Origin: an uncultured Poribacteria bacterium
GTDB lineage: Bacteria > Poribacteria > WGA-4E > WGA-3G
DNA: 64,000 nt
Direction of reading: 5' to 3'
NCBI GenBank assembly: GCA_951813565.1
Contig: OX638351.1
Coordinates: 1,408,001 to 1,472,000 of the forward strand
The notes under the pieces were generated by a model. It saw only the letters and a program-made list of their open reading frames with translations. It was not told the origin of the DNA and did no database searches. The position numbers and the translations under genes were made by a program. Shown piece by piece: positions 17,301 through 26,150 of this stretch (position 1 is the stretch's first letter; each line of letters begins with the position of its first letter).

Positions 17301-19976
17301 AGTTCCATCAGGTCCTGTTAAAGAGACCATTGTGTTTTCAAAATCAATGTCACTTGCGTCAAATGCAACATTTATTTGGGAAAACGTATCAGTAACGTTC
17401 GTAGCACTATCGACGGAAAGTTGGAGTTGTGGGTCAGTTACAACTTCAACTGTGCTGATTACTGGAAATTGTGTATCAAATATGAGAGGAAAACTTTGGG
17501 TAAATCGTTTTCCAGAAAAATCAACAAATGTTGCAGTGATAGTGTATGTTCCATCTGCGGTGCCGTTTCGTGGAATTGATGCTTCGGTGCTCCAAGTTAA
17601 CTGATTGTTTGCTGCATCCGATTCAACTTTCGCTTGGGGAACAACGAGACCTTGTGCATTTCTGACAGTTATTGTTGACGCATCAAAATCTATACCTGAA
17701 CCTATATAATTAACAATTTCTACTGTAATATTATCCAAACTACTGACAGTTCCAGTTTCCGGGGTTGTTAATCGCACTTGTGATTGTGTTTGGCTGACCA
17801 GATAGAATTGGCGCCGGACAACTGCTCCAGTGTTGCCTGCCATGTCAGTTGGGGTAACTTCAATAGTGTAGGTGCCATCATCCGAACCGTCTAACGCAAT
17901 CGGTTGCAACAGTGTAAGTGTAGCAGTATCCGTGCCGTTACTTGCAATATTAACAGGCACTTCAACACGGTTCTCTCCGGCACCGCGAATCAACTGAAAA
18001 TTACTATTGACGAAATCAATACCGCTTGTTACTTCATTGAGTTTGACGACAACTTCTGATAGATTTGAAACAGTCTGATTAGCGGCAGGAACTGTTGAAA
18101 CAAGTGTTGGGACTTGCGTGTCGTAAACAACATGGTAAGTGTAAGTCTTCGTATTCCCGAGTGAGTCTGTAGCCTTGACGTTAATCATATAGTTCCCGTC
18201 TTGGCTTCCATCAGTTTTCAGGATAGGTGAATCCAAAATGTAAGTTAGCACGTTATTATTTTTGTCTGGAAATGGTTGACCGGGAATAGCATTAATACCG
18301 CCATCTGGGTTAGACGTTCCAAAAACAATACTGGTAGTTTCCTGTTCACCAGAAAATGCAACACCGGCCCCGAATTCACCATCATTAAAGGTAGCAATAA
18401 ACTGATTTAACGGAAGATTGTAATAAACGGTATCGCCTAAGATGCTAAACGGTTCACCATCCCGTGTTGGTTTTAATGAAACGAGTTCTGGTGCCAGATT
18501 ATCATATAGAAATGAGATTTGAATTGGTGCGGTTTTATTTCCTGCTTTATCGCTCCCAACAATTTCTACAGTATATTGACCATCTTGGAGACCATCTTTT
18601 GCTAACAAGGGAGAGAGGAATTCCCACCTAATTTTATTATCCGAAAGTTGAATTGACCGCCCGAGAACAATACTGCCACCTGGACCCATCACACTTATTG
18701 ATGAATCATCCAAGTTAAGTCCGATATTATCTTCTAACGCTGCTTCCACAAAATTAATCAATCCATTGATACCACTACCGGGAACAAACTCACCTTTATT
18801 GGTAGCCACACTTTTTAAGGTTGGTGCTGCGTTATCAAACGTAAATACACGACTTGAGGTAAGGGCGCCTACGCTCACTGTAACTTCATACGTGCCGTTT
18901 TCTGTTAATTCGTCAATAAGATCACTGAGCGTAAATGTGGTTTTATTAGTGAGGGTGCCCTCCATCTTGGTGCCACCAACATGCCTAATCTGTATCTCTG
19001 TGTTCCTATCAGTGAGATCAATTGGTGTCCCATCGTCTGCTGCTACAGTGAAACTGATGCTTTGAATTGCTGTATTCACAAACATGCCATCTATGAGCGG
19101 TATTGAATCGTTTATTGAGATACCTGTGATAAGCGGGTCTGCCGAGTCAATTGTGATAGCTTCTGTTTTATTACTGCCTTCTACATTTCCGCCTTTGTCT
19201 TTTACCCATAGACTCAAAGTATACTGGCCATCAAAAACAGGTTTAGCGTTGTTGTCCTTGCCATCCCAATAGTAGGTGCCGCTTTCTTTGCTCAATTCAC
19301 TCGGATCAATTGCCCTTTTAATTGGGTCCCCGCCACTGTTTTTTTGTAATTCTAACCATGCCTCGGTAACATCTTCGTCCAAACCACTATAGTGAATAGG
19401 AAACCGTTCCTCCAAAATCCGTGAGAACTCCTTAGCATCTATACTGATGGAAATCTCCGGGGCTTTAGTGTCTAATGTTACCTCTTTTTCCTTGCTCGAA
19501 ATAGGATCTAGCGGATCGCCTTCAGAATCTTTGAGCGGATTGCCATCAGAATCTATGCGCGTAAGGAAGACTTTAATCTTATAATCACCATCTGGAAGCT
19601 GATCATTTCCAATTTTCCCATCCCATATTACTTTTATAGTCTGATTTTTGGATAATGTTTGATCATTTGCTTCGTCAGGACCGCTGGCAATTTTTCTACC
19701 GTCATCTAACTTAATCTCATAGGTATAATTTTGATCTTCATTATCAGTTGTAAAGGTGATGGTCAACTTTTCTTCGACCCCGTTAAAAACGTTGTCCCCG
19801 TTTGCATCTACTTTTAATGAATCTGAAACAAGTCCCGCCCAAGCGGTAGACTGTATAACTAACAGAGCAACAAACAATTGAAAAATGAGAAAGGATGTCC
19901 AACGAAAACCGAATGACAATTTCGTATTCTTTTTGTTGTAGCACAGAACAGATAAACTATTTTTGATTTTTGACAC
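8370..19976 (-). CDS. Giant (3868-aa) secreted Ig-like repeat surface protein with N-terminal FlgD-Ig-like domains and T9SS type-A-like C-terminal domain
   Basis: Signal region, many ~110-aa 'G.YT..V...D.AGN' Ig-like units, C-terminus 'WPNP...LYIYDWSGDMV...WNLENQFG..VARGLYVFRL...GKILVVD'. Confidence 0.85.
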   Translation of the reverse strand: MSKIKNSLSVLCYNKKNTKLSFGFRWTSFLIFQLFVALLVIQSTAWAGLVSDSLKVDANGDNVFNGVEEKLTITFTTDNEDQNYTYEIKLDDGRKIASGPDEANDQTLSKNQTIKVIWDGKIGNDQLPDGDYKIKVFLTRIDSDGNPLKDSEGDPLDPISSKEKEVTLDTKAPEISISIDAKEFSRILEERFPIHYSGLDEDVTEAWLELQKNSGGDPIKRAIDPSELSKESGTYYWDGKDNNAKPVFDGQYTLSLWVKDKGGNVEGSNKTEAITIDSADPLITGISINDSIPLIDGMFVNTAIQSISFTVAADDGTPIDLTDRNTEIQIRHVGGTKMEGTLTNKTTFTLSDLIDELTENGTYEVTVSVGALTSSRVFTFDNAAPTLKSVATNKGEFVPGSGINGLINFVEAALEDNIGLNLDDSSISVMGPGGSIVLGRSIQLSDNKIRWEFLSPLLAKDGLQDGQYTVEIVGSDKAGNKTAPIQISFLYDNLAPELVSLKPTRDGEPFSILGDTVYYNLPLNQFIATFNDGEFGAGVAFSGEQETTSIVFGTSNPDGGINAIPGQPFPDKNNNVLTYILDSPILKTDGSQDGNYMINVKATDSLGNTKTYTYHVVYDTQVPTLVSTVPAANQTVSNLSEVVVKLNEVTSGIDFVNSNFQLIRGAGENRVEVPVNIASNGTDTATLTLLQPIALDGSDDGTYTIEVTPTDMAGNTGAVVRRQFYLVSQTQSQVRLTTPETGTVSSLDNITVEIVNYIGSGIDFDASTITVRNAQGLVVPQAKVESDAANNQLTWSTEASIPRNGTADGTYTITATFVDFSGKRFTQSFPLIFDTQFPVISTVEVVTDPQLQLSVDSATNVTDTFSQINVAFDASDIDFENTMVSLTGPDGTEIAVHRSNDGTAFLTLNFQSLAKLGTYILTVTPRDNIGNVSETPFIYRFNLDIAVPIVTSVLIDGQSGAVVYVNGSDGEIIATLVDTTGSGLAVGEDESKIVVTTETGLPVPGFTTFNDENQLTWRPAALPIDGSADGRYLVAVTPVDNAGRTGNVAYRSFIFDTQAPRITAATPITLHQPISYIGSLTQFELTVEDVGPALLNLDDQTIELQNKNGEAVQGQITHDANNQLFFTLSTPLPTNGSADGEYTLNVILVDKAGNPYQAVHNIFYDSQAPQLSSVSLNTETLLNLTPYQVTDLSEAINKLTINFVEATQVDFENTVVSLIGPNGSPIPLTLENNGIDQMTASFVTLTQGGLYTLSVTPHDRVGNAAQGAVSYPFQLEFEVPDLSSVKANTVDTSVALIQHEIIELSAPVNSLTLEFTDAMRIDPENTSVVLIGPNEQQIPITQEDNEASQLIVRFISLTQSGLYTLSVTPQDRSGNVAQSAIQYQFRLDIVLPAVSSILIDGKLSATIYVNSADVNIIATFTEPTGVGLALGNDGSTIVVSNADGLPIPGTTTSIGTNQLTWTPPALPADGSADGRYTVAVTPVDKAGRIGDVVYRSFIFDTQAPRITAATPITLYQPISYIGSLTQFELTVEDVGQALLDLDDQTIGLQNKNGEVVQGQITHDDINQLFFSLSAPLPTDGSADGEYTLTINLVDKAGNPYQAVHNIFYDSQAPQLSSVSLNTETPLDLIPYQITDVSEAVNKLTLNFVEATQVDFENTVISLIGPDASAISLTLENNGVDQLTASFVSLTQGGLYTLSVKPQDRVGNAAQGAVSYPFQLEFEVPGLSSVKANTTDASVDLTPYEITELSESINSFTLQFTDVARVDFENTSVRLATENGQEIPITLEEHDGSQLIVRFVSLTQSGKYTLSITPQDISGTAVHGAVLYPFQLEFEVPGLSSVKANTTDASVDLTPYEITELSESVSSFTLQFTEATQVDFENTIVRLATENGQEIPITLEEHDGSQLIVRFVSLTQNGLYTLTVTPQDKAGNTAQSAVPYPFQLEFEVPGLSSVKANTSDASVDLTPYEITELSESVSSFTLQFTEATQVDFENTIENTIVSLATENGQEIPITLEEHDGSQLIVRFVSLTQSGKYTLSITPQDISGTAVHGAVLYPFQLEFEVPRLSSVKANTTDASVDLTPYEITELSESVSSFTLQFTEATQVDFENTIENTIVSLATENGQEIPITLEEHDGSQLIVRFVSLTQNGLYTLTVTPQDKAGNTAQSAVPYPFQLEFEVPGLSSVKANTTDASVDLTPYEITELSESVSSFTLQFTEATQVDFENTIENTIVSLATENGQEIPITLEEHDGSQLIVRFVSLTQNGLYTLTVTPQDKAGNTAQSAVPYPFQLEFEVPGLSSVKANTTDASVDLTPYEITELSESVSSFTLQFTEATQVDFENTIVRLATENGQEIPITLEEHDGSQLIVRFVSLTQNGLYTLTVTPQDKAGNTAQSAVPYPFQLEFEVPGLSSVKANTTDASVDLTPYEITELSESINSFTLQFTNAARVDFENTIVRLATENGQEIPITLEEHDGSKLIVRFVSLVQSGLYTFSVTPHDISGNVSQGAVSYPFRLKFEVPGLSSVKANTSNTSVDLTSYEITEISESVSSLTLEFTDATQVDFENTSVRLTGVNGQEIPINLEDGDASLLMVHFVSLTQSGVYTLAVIPQDKAGNVAQSATQYQFRLDTALPTVSSVSIDGKQGSAVYVRNSIPRIVATITDPIGVGVSFGDGGSTITVTNSEGLSVSGKTTSNGTNQLTWTPIPLPTDGSADGRYNVAVTPVDKVGRSGTVVNQQFIYDTQAPRITAAQPLTLHDPVSYIGSGLNRFTLTIEDVGSAGLNLASQVIALMDAAEKPVSAARTYDELTNQLYLTLSKPFASDGSVDGPYSLNVSLSDRAGNTSISRFSLIYDSKAPQVSSVEVNTAGTPMKLVSNEITELSESISTITIKFSEATLVDFANMQVSLIDPDDQTIPLTREDDGVSQMALSFADLTQIGQYTLSVTPQDIAGNAVQNPLQFSFTLEFILPGVESIRIGDTITLGSGDIAYVNANNLYIAATLLDRSGAGLSFDSNAGSDIIVATLDDDVVPGATSTNGTDLLVWEPATLSTDGSSDGRYAVYVYPVDKKGRQGNTAYREFVLDTQEPEITDAAPINLSQPVSYISESLTQFRFTLQDVGPADFILDDQKVSLRNQNGTLIPTKITTDSNNQLFLTLDEPLPLDGSRDGEYTVVIAFSDKAGNVLSVEHPIIYDTQAPTLVSTVPAHGAQLTEDITQIQVNLNDEGESGIDWDVTTVTLIDPNGVEISGELTSNGKTQLILNTNQLVADGQYIIRVQAIDRAGNGSRSVLEHSFLLSRLLPAVISTSPSTAPIDEAFTNEKVDEIEVMLETADESHLSTVRLLNAAEQVVAGQQHRETNKLIYRLVRPLATDGSEDGVYTIEFTPISSSGREGEVQKLTFMYDTETPEVNPDAIHLIVAEPEVNNSLTEIRVGITDNQAGVDWENLDEDWLTFERLSPNADEIAGRLSYETGEQETLIFRLTVPLADDGSADGEYKITVNPKDQAGNEEESYEKVFTYDTSPPVIDPNSLLINDAPLLTDINAEDYPSAVSTTGGVVIQASVSDTGLGVDLSQSEVVVRNPNGQELSGTTQQNGVDTIVFKSDGLNVEGPHQVTITGIGNDSELLGFAPKGSVTTEFLYETTSPTAIVTNDGGKTEFTDEAVPLEGTAADPQGSRPRPQGEGEIPIPASGVWLVEIIGTGPDGQPIEPVPAEDESNAQERPWSRWSADFLPARSGEYDLDIRVTDKAGNYSVYDVGEVTMSVSFSFRGKTFGWPNPLRHSKDDVAFFSFDLNAAAEETVELTLYIYDWSGDMVYSKKYSNITLGQRNDTQVKWNLENQFGTAVARGLYVFRLEAVNGAGNSANAVGKILVVD
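12431..14830 (-). repeat. Intragenic tandem array of ~7 near-identical 336/348-bp units
   Basis: caagttggaacgg recurs at 12767, 13103, 13451, 13799, 14147, 14483 and 14819. Confidence 0.92.
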
Positions 19977-20295
19977 GCGTTTTCCCCCGCTACAGCGAAG
20001 TTTGGTCTATTTTCAACTTCGCGTGGAATTCACAAAATATTAATTTCTTATTAGCACAGATAGCATTACAACACAATATGGACCTGAATCAATTCACTGA
20101 TTGCAAAGTCTCACAGTGTTGGCACGTCCCTATATCTATTTTGTAGTTTTCGAGATTTAACAGATAAGGTGATTATTTTACTGACTGTATTAGACGCAGT
20201 TTTTTTAATTAGGTTGATTAAAACCTTTGCATCGGTCCTCTCATAACTGATTTTTTTGTGGGCAGGCTGCAAACCTGCCCTTAACATAAACAAAA

Positions 20296-21306
20296 TTACC
20301 CAATATCACCATTTTCGATCATCGTTAAAAGTGCTGAGTCGTCAGCAGCAAGCGGCAATGTTATTTTTGCGCGCTGTCGACTGGAATGATAAGTCGCAAA
20401 AATAAGTTCAGTTGACTGAAGTGCCTTGCGTCCGCTAAGTTCAGGTTCACGTCCTGTCTTAACGCTGTCAATAAGGTCAAGGACAGAAAGAGTTGTATCG
20501 TTGCCTTTAGGCGTGACATCGCTTAGGTCGGGTTGCTCCCATTCGCTGGAGCCTTCTCGCAGCACGCGAACCGGCGCGCCACCCCCAACATCAATGATTC
20601 CTTTTGTTCCGATGATACGATTTGCGAATCCTTTTAGAGAAACGCCGCCAGTAGTCAGAAGTCCTTCTACGCCGCTTTTCCATCGGTACCACGTTAAACC
20701 GCTCGTCTCAACCTGCGTGCCAAAAACGATTTTTTCTTCTGTTACATCTATTTGACCGATAACCCAGTCAATAGGTTCGTCATTATTATAAAATTGGAAC
20801 ATATCAAACCAGTGTGTTCCCCAGTCAAGCAGATTTGAACATGAGCCTTCAAGGCGGCGTATTTCACCGATAGTCCCATCGTTTGCCAGCTGTTTCGCCT
20901 TGATAAACTGGGCACCAAAACGGCGTTGATGGCAGAACGTTATAACTACATCGTTATCCACACAAGCTTGATACAGTGCTTTCGCATCGCCCCATGTGGG
21001 TGCCATCGGTTTTTCAGAATGGATGGCTTTGATACCACTGTTGGCAGCAGCGATTACCATATCCCTATGAAGTGCAATCCATGTGCAGACGCTCACAAAA
21101 TCGAGCGATTCCTTTTCAAGCATCTCATTATAATCTTCATAAGTCCGTGGAACATCAAACTGTTCTGCAAATTTGTTCCGCGCGCCTTCAACGGGGTCTG
21201 AACACGCGACAATCTCAACATCTGACGATGCTTGATAGCCTTGTGCATGGGCGCGTCCACGGCCGCCACAACCGATAATACCTGCTTTAAAAGTTGCCAT
21301 ATCCAA
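20296..21306 (-). CDS. Gfo/Idh/MocA family oxidoreductase
   Basis: GIIGCGGRG, SEKPMA, CHQRRF, DWGTHWFD. Confidence 0.9.
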   Translation of the reverse strand: MDMATFKAGIIGCGGRGRAHAQGYQASSDVEIVACSDPVEGARNKFAEQFDVPRTYEDYNEMLEKESLDFVSVCTWIALHRDMVIAAANSGIKAIHSEKPMAPTWGDAKALYQACVDNDVVITFCHQRRFGAQFIKAKQLANDGTIGEIRRLEGSCSNLLDWGTHWFDMFQFYNNDEPIDWVIGQIDVTEEKIVFGTQVETSGLTWYRWKSGVEGLLTTGGVSLKGFANRIIGTKGIIDVGGGAPVRVLREGSSEWEQPDLSDVTPKGNDTTLSVLDLIDSVKTGREPELSGRKALQSTELIFATYHSSRQRAKITLPLAADDSALLTMIENGDIG

Positions 21307-21349
21307 ATTTCCTTTCGTTGCGATCAGAAGATCACTTTTGTTAATGTGT

Positions 21350-22315
21350 CTACGTTAATTGGTTTACAAGTGTATCATCTAAATGAATCCCAGATTTTAG
21401 ATATTTTTTCCGTTCACGATACGCGCGTTCGCCGGGAATAAGAATTTCTTCAACATCCGCTTCTCGCCGATTTGCCTTAATACTATCAATTAAACTATCT
21501 ACTTCTCTTTTGAATTGTTTTAACGGAACAAAAACCGTTGGGTTTAGTACGACTATGAGCATGCCGTAGTTTGTTCCTGGGGGAGGTATAGTTGCTGCGT
21601 TCACAAGCGCACCCGCGAGGACTTGTGTGATGAGAGCAAGTCCAAAACCTTTATGTCCACCGAAAGGACGGACACTTCCTTTTAGTGCTTGTTCTGCATC
21701 CGTTGTCGGTTCACCCTCAGGATCAAACGCGAGACCTTCAGGAATAGGCATGTCCTCCCGCATCGCTACAAGTAAATCCCCGTTGGTTATCGCTGCAGTA
21801 GACATATCAAACAGAAGTGGGGCATTGTTGGAAGGAATTCCGACAGCGATTGGGTTTGTGCCTAAAATTGCTTGAGTTCCACCTTCGGGTGTAATACGTG
21901 GCAGGCAGTCGGCAAAAAGCAGTCCGATAAGTTTTGCCTTCCGTGCCATATCCACATAGTAGCCGGCCATCCCGCAATGCGATGTATTGTAAACGCCAAC
22001 AATGCTCGCACCAGTTTGCTTTGCCCTTTGAATTGCTAATTCCATTGCGCGGTAGGCGACAAGATAACCCGGTTGGTTTCCACCATCAACCCGAAAACAC
22101 TGTCCGTCTTCTTTGTCAACTTGGATTTCAGTGCGTTTTCCCTTCTCATAACGGTTTTTAATTCCGGGCAATCTGATAAACCCATGCGTTTTTCGCCCGC
22201 GTAGTTCGGCTTCTAATAAGATATCCGCAATAATAGCGGCATCCGTTGCGGACATGCCGCTTGTCATCAAGAAAGTTTCCGCAAGTTGGCGCGCCGCATC
22301 AATGGAAATGTGCAA
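21350..22315 (-). CDS. Ldh_2 family (malate/L-lactate/ureidoglycolate-type) oxidoreductase
   Basis: ELRGRKTHG, NTSHCGMAG, GTNPIA, DMSTA, GGHKGFGL, IPGE. Confidence 0.88.
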   Translation of the reverse strand: MHISIDAARQLAETFLMTSGMSATDAAIIADILLEAELRGRKTHGFIRLPGIKNRYEKGKRTEIQVDKEDGQCFRVDGGNQPGYLVAYRAMELAIQRAKQTGASIVGVYNTSHCGMAGYYVDMARKAKLIGLLFADCLPRITPEGGTQAILGTNPIAVGIPSNNAPLLFDMSTAAITNGDLLVAMREDMPIPEGLAFDPEGEPTTDAEQALKGSVRPFGGHKGFGLALITQVLAGALVNAATIPPPGTNYGMLIVVLNPTVFVPLKQFKREVDSLIDSIKANRREADVEEILIPGERAYRERKKYLKSGIHLDDTLVNQLT

Positions 22316-22356
22316 GTCAGTTCTCCACTACTTAAGGCTATAGCGCAAGTTACATG

Positions 22357-22385
22357 TTGACCCCTGTTTTTAACAATGCTATAAT
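22357..22385 (+). promoter_or_regulatory. sigma70-type promoter (extended -10)
   Basis: TTGACC-N17-TATAAT with upstream TG. Confidence 0.6.
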
Positions 22386-22481
22386 TTATCATATATAAAG
22401 TTGAAACTCAAGACACTTTTTATTCAATGCGCGACCCAAAATCTGTTCACAATCCCTTTTATGAGATGAGGAGAACTACAG

Positions 22482-22889
22482 ATGGCGAACCAAAAACGTG
22501 ATTTAGTTGAATACCCTATCCAAGATAACGTCCTGTTACAGGCATATTGGCGCGACGATGCGGGTGGGCGTGGCCCCGCAGCATCCCTATATGTTTATAA
22601 CGATGAGATTATGCGGTTCGATTGCTTTGGCGAAAATAATGGACATTGCCACTTTAACTTGCGGCAGACACGCGGCAGGCGATGGATGTATCCTAATGGA
22701 TCCTTCCAAGATCATATTCAACAGAGTTTGTTTGACCTCCGCACGAATTTAACGTTCTGTCTAAAAACCCACCAAGATGAACAAGTGCAGGAAATTCAAA
22801 TAGTCCAGGAGAGTTTGGAGCAGGCTGCGCAAAAAATGGAAGTCCAGTTGTTAGAATTTGCTGATCAATTACAAGGCGAAACTGCATGA
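22482..22889 (+). CDS. Hypothetical protein
   Basis: 135 aa, RBS gaggag, ATGA overlap with the nnr start. Confidence 0.7.
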   Translation: MANQKRDLVEYPIQDNVLLQAYWRDDAGGRGPAASLYVYNDEIMRFDCFGENNGHCHFNLRQTRGRRWMYPNGSFQDHIQQSLFDLRTNLTFCLKTHQDEQVQEIQIVQESLEQAAQKMEVQLLEFADQLQGETA

Positions 22890-24439
22890 AAGTTGTGACT
22901 GCAGCTCAAATGCGCAAAATCGACAAGGATACAATTGAAGGTATTGGCATTCCCGGCATTGTTCTCATGGAAACGGCGGGGTGTGAAATCGTTCGCGCGA
23001 TAGAACAGCATTATCCGACTACACAACGTATCGGTATTTTTATTGGCAAGGGTAACAACGGCGGCGATGGGCTGGTTATCGCCCGGCAACTCGCGCATGC
23101 TGGACGCGAGGTAAATATCTTTCTTGTCTCGTCTGCAGAAAGTTTCACGGGAGAAGCCCTTACCAATTTGAATATCGCCAGAAATCTTGGGTTGCAGATT
23201 GAGGAAATCCTTGCAGATACAACATCTATTGACGTCCACGGATGTGAATTGCTCGTAGATGCGATTTTTGGCACGGGATTGCGAGGCGCCGTGCGTGAAT
23301 CAATTGCTAATGTTATCAACGCTATCAACGACCTTCCGATACCTATCCTGGCTGTTGATTTGCCTTCTGGCTTGGATGCAGATATTGGTAATCCTTTAGG
23401 TGCTTGCGTGCAAGCGGATAGAACAGTAACGATAGGCTTGCCGAAAAGAGGACTGTTGGTACATCCGGGTGCAGAACTTGCAGGCAAATTAGAAGTTGTT
23501 GACATCGGTTTTCCACAGCAGATCATTGATGCACAAAATATTAAGGTCCATTGGACAACTGAAAAAGACGCAGCCAAATGGATACCATCCCGTTCACCTG
23601 CATCTTACAAAGGAAGTTACGGACGTGTGCTTGTGGTTGCGGGATCAACAGGAATGACGGGCGCAGCGGCATTAGCAAGTGAGGCAGCTTTACGTGCTGG
23701 TGCTGGATTGGTAACACTCGCTATTCCGAAAAGCCTGAACCCAATTTTAGAGGTTAAGTTGTCTGAAGTGATGACGTTACCTTTGCCCGAAACGGAAGCA
23801 GGGAGTTTAGCAGAATCAGCAACCACAACTATTCTTGAGTACGCAGAAAAGACGAAATCTGTTCTTGCTATTGGACCTGGATTATCTCAACATCCGGAAA
23901 CGGTATCTCTTGTTCATCAATTGGCTAAGGAAAATAAGAAACAGGAACTCAGTTTACGGATGGTTATTGATGCAGATGGATTGAACGCCTTAGCAAAAGC
24001 AACAGACCTTATCTCATTATTCGGGGCGGAGGCAGTTCTCACACCACATCCAGGTGAAATGGCGCGGTTAACAAATACCCCTATTTCAACATTAGAATCA
24101 AATAGAATTGGCACTGCCGAAGAATTCGTAAATCAACACGGTGTGACACTTGTACTTAAAGGTGCACCTACAGTCACTGCAGATCCGAACGGAAATACTT
24201 GGATAAATTCAACCGGCAATCCTGGCATGGCAACAGCAGGCATGGGGGATGTGTTGACAGGTATAATCGCTGGATTGATGGCACAAAATATGTCAAGTGA
24301 AACGGCTGCAGTGCTTGGCGTTTACCTACACGGATTAGCCGGAGACATTGCGGCAGAGGCGTTAGGAATGCACGGACTTATTGCAGGCGATGTGCTGCAA
24401 GCAGTACCAAAAGCAATTTCTTCGTTGATATCCGATTAA
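22886..24439 (+). CDS. nnr: Bifunctional NAD(P)H-hydrate epimerase/dehydratase
   Basis: GKGNNGGDG, DAIFGTG, VDLPSG, YKGSYG, DADGLN, TPHPGEM, ATAGMGDVLTG. Confidence 0.93.
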   Translation: MKVVTAAQMRKIDKDTIEGIGIPGIVLMETAGCEIVRAIEQHYPTTQRIGIFIGKGNNGGDGLVIARQLAHAGREVNIFLVSSAESFTGEALTNLNIARNLGLQIEEILADTTSIDVHGCELLVDAIFGTGLRGAVRESIANVINAINDLPIPILAVDLPSGLDADIGNPLGACVQADRTVTIGLPKRGLLVHPGAELAGKLEVVDIGFPQQIIDAQNIKVHWTTEKDAAKWIPSRSPASYKGSYGRVLVVAGSTGMTGAAALASEAALRAGAGLVTLAIPKSLNPILEVKLSEVMTLPLPETEAGSLAESATTTILEYAEKTKSVLAIGPGLSQHPETVSLVHQLAKENKKQELSLRMVIDADGLNALAKATDLISLFGAEAVLTPHPGEMARLTNTPISTLESNRIGTAEEFVNQHGVTLVLKGAPTVTADPNGNTWINSTGNPGMATAGMGDVLTGIIAGLMAQNMSSETAAVLGVYLHGLAGDIAAEALGMHGLIAGDVLQAVPKAISSLISD

Positions 24440-24457
24440 TCTGATTTGTGAGGAAAT

Positions 24458-24868
24458 ATGGAAACCTATAAAATCTATCCTGTTGCGGCTGCAGATGCTT
24501 CAACCGCATTCCAAATAGAATTGGACTCGCGAGCAATTGCTGCTGCAGAAGAACTCGAAAATAGCGGTGCGCAAGGTGCCGAAAGAGAAAAAATCTTGCA
24601 GAAACACCTTGGTGCAGATTACGAAAAGGGCTACCAAGGTACCGCATGGAATTTACACGGTATCTCTGCGGGTTTGACACCAGCACGTTTAGCTCTGCTA
24701 CTGCAAGCACATGGCGAATCTTTTGATCCATGTGCCGAACGCGAAACGTTTGATCACAGTCTGATGGTTAATGTTGAAGAGGAGTTAGCATCGCAGTTGG
24801 AGGATATTTCTGAATCTGTTTTGAATGCGATTGTAGAGGAATATAAAACTGAACTTTTGGGTAAGTGA
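24458..24868 (+). CDS. Hypothetical acidic protein
   Basis: 136-aa ORF directly after nnr, with gagga RBS. Confidence 0.65.
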   Translation: METYKIYPVAAADASTAFQIELDSRAIAAAEELENSGAQGAEREKILQKHLGADYEKGYQGTAWNLHGISAGLTPARLALLLQAHGESFDPCAERETFDHSLMVNVEEELASQLEDISESVLNAIVEEYKTELLGK

Positions 24869-25011
24869 GATGTGAATTTTTCACAATTATAATTTTCTGC
24901 AACTTCTTTGAAGAAATTGTGTGTTAAACAATTAACAAAGGGTCGATAGCACAAATACGTGCTTTACAAAGAGAAATTACCTCTGTAATTTACACTAACA
25001 AAGGAGACATT

Positions 25012-25920
25012 ATGAACGGTAAAATCGAGATGCGGATACTTTCACTTTTGACAGTTCTGGGTATAGCCATCTTTTTTGGATCGCAAGCGAACTCAGAAAC
25101 ACCAGAGAATTCAGAAGGGTTCACTTCGATTGAAAAGACAGAAGCAACGAACAATTCAGGAAAGTTCAGTTTGACTGAAATGACAAAATTAAGGGAAAAT
25201 GTCATAAGTACCGCTGAAAACCATACTGGGCCGCAAACCGCGCAAGCATTGATGAAAACGTTTGATAAAATCTACAATCACAATTATTTAACAACCACAG
25301 TGACAGTGACTGTATACCGTAAAACTGATAGTGGAACTATTCTAAAAAACGGAAAAAGTCACATTAGCCAGTTTACAATCGCGGAGATTGATGCACGATA
25401 TCCTCGGGAAGCATGGCTTCAGCTGCTTTTAGATAACGGTATCACCATAGAAAATTTCGGAGAGTATGCATCCTATCTGTCAAAGCGATACACTTTGGCT
25501 TTTCTGAAAGACAATTCCAATCTTCGCAATCCGGTGATGATCCACATTCCACCAACGGATGATTGGGAAACTTACCAACGGATAATTAAGGGAAATAATT
25601 GGGAACTTTATAAAGCCGCTTTTATTTATAAATTGGTAAACAGACATATCGAGAAGATACGGGAAGCAGCAGAACGGGCTGAACGGAGAAAAGAAAAAGT
25701 TGAACAAGGTAAGGAACAAGCTGAACGCGCTAAAGTGCTGGCTGAACGCGCAAAGAATAGATCCAATTCACAACAGCTTGAAAACGTTAGGAAACAACTT
25801 GAGAACGCCAGAAAACAGATTGAACATTTACAAGAGACTTTAGAACGTCTTAAAAAATCAATGCCGCCTCAGTCCCCCAAACAAAATATGAAAAAGAAGC
25901 CTTCCACTATTCAGATATAA
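25012..25920 (+). CDS. Secreted protein with coiled-coil tail, paralog 1 of 3
   Basis: RBS aaggag, signal peptide, 'GPQT..ALM..FD', 'IDARYPREAWLQLLLDNG' core, shared C-terminal tail. Confidence 0.75.
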   Translation: MNGKIEMRILSLLTVLGIAIFFGSQANSETPENSEGFTSIEKTEATNNSGKFSLTEMTKLRENVISTAENHTGPQTAQALMKTFDKIYNHNYLTTTVTVTVYRKTDSGTILKNGKSHISQFTIAEIDARYPREAWLQLLLDNGITIENFGEYASYLSKRYTLAFLKDNSNLRNPVMIHIPPTDDWETYQRIIKGNNWELYKAAFIYKLVNRHIEKIREAAERAERRKEKVEQGKEQAERAKVLAERAKNRSNSQQLENVRKQLENARKQIEHLQETLERLKKSMPPQSPKQNMKKKPSTIQI

Positions 25921-26150
25921 CATAGAAAGGAACGCTATAGACTCCTATAGGTTGTCTTGTTATCGTTTAATACCGTTGATAACCGACTTTTATCAAAACC
26001 ATTCTCACTTCCCACGAATGCCTGAGACACGCTGTTTTTCTGCAACTATTTCGGATAGTTCGTGTATAATTGGTGCAAAGGATTGATGGAACAAACGCTT
26101 ACGTTACACAGAGAACCGCCCTATAATTTTGTACTAACGAAGGAGACATT

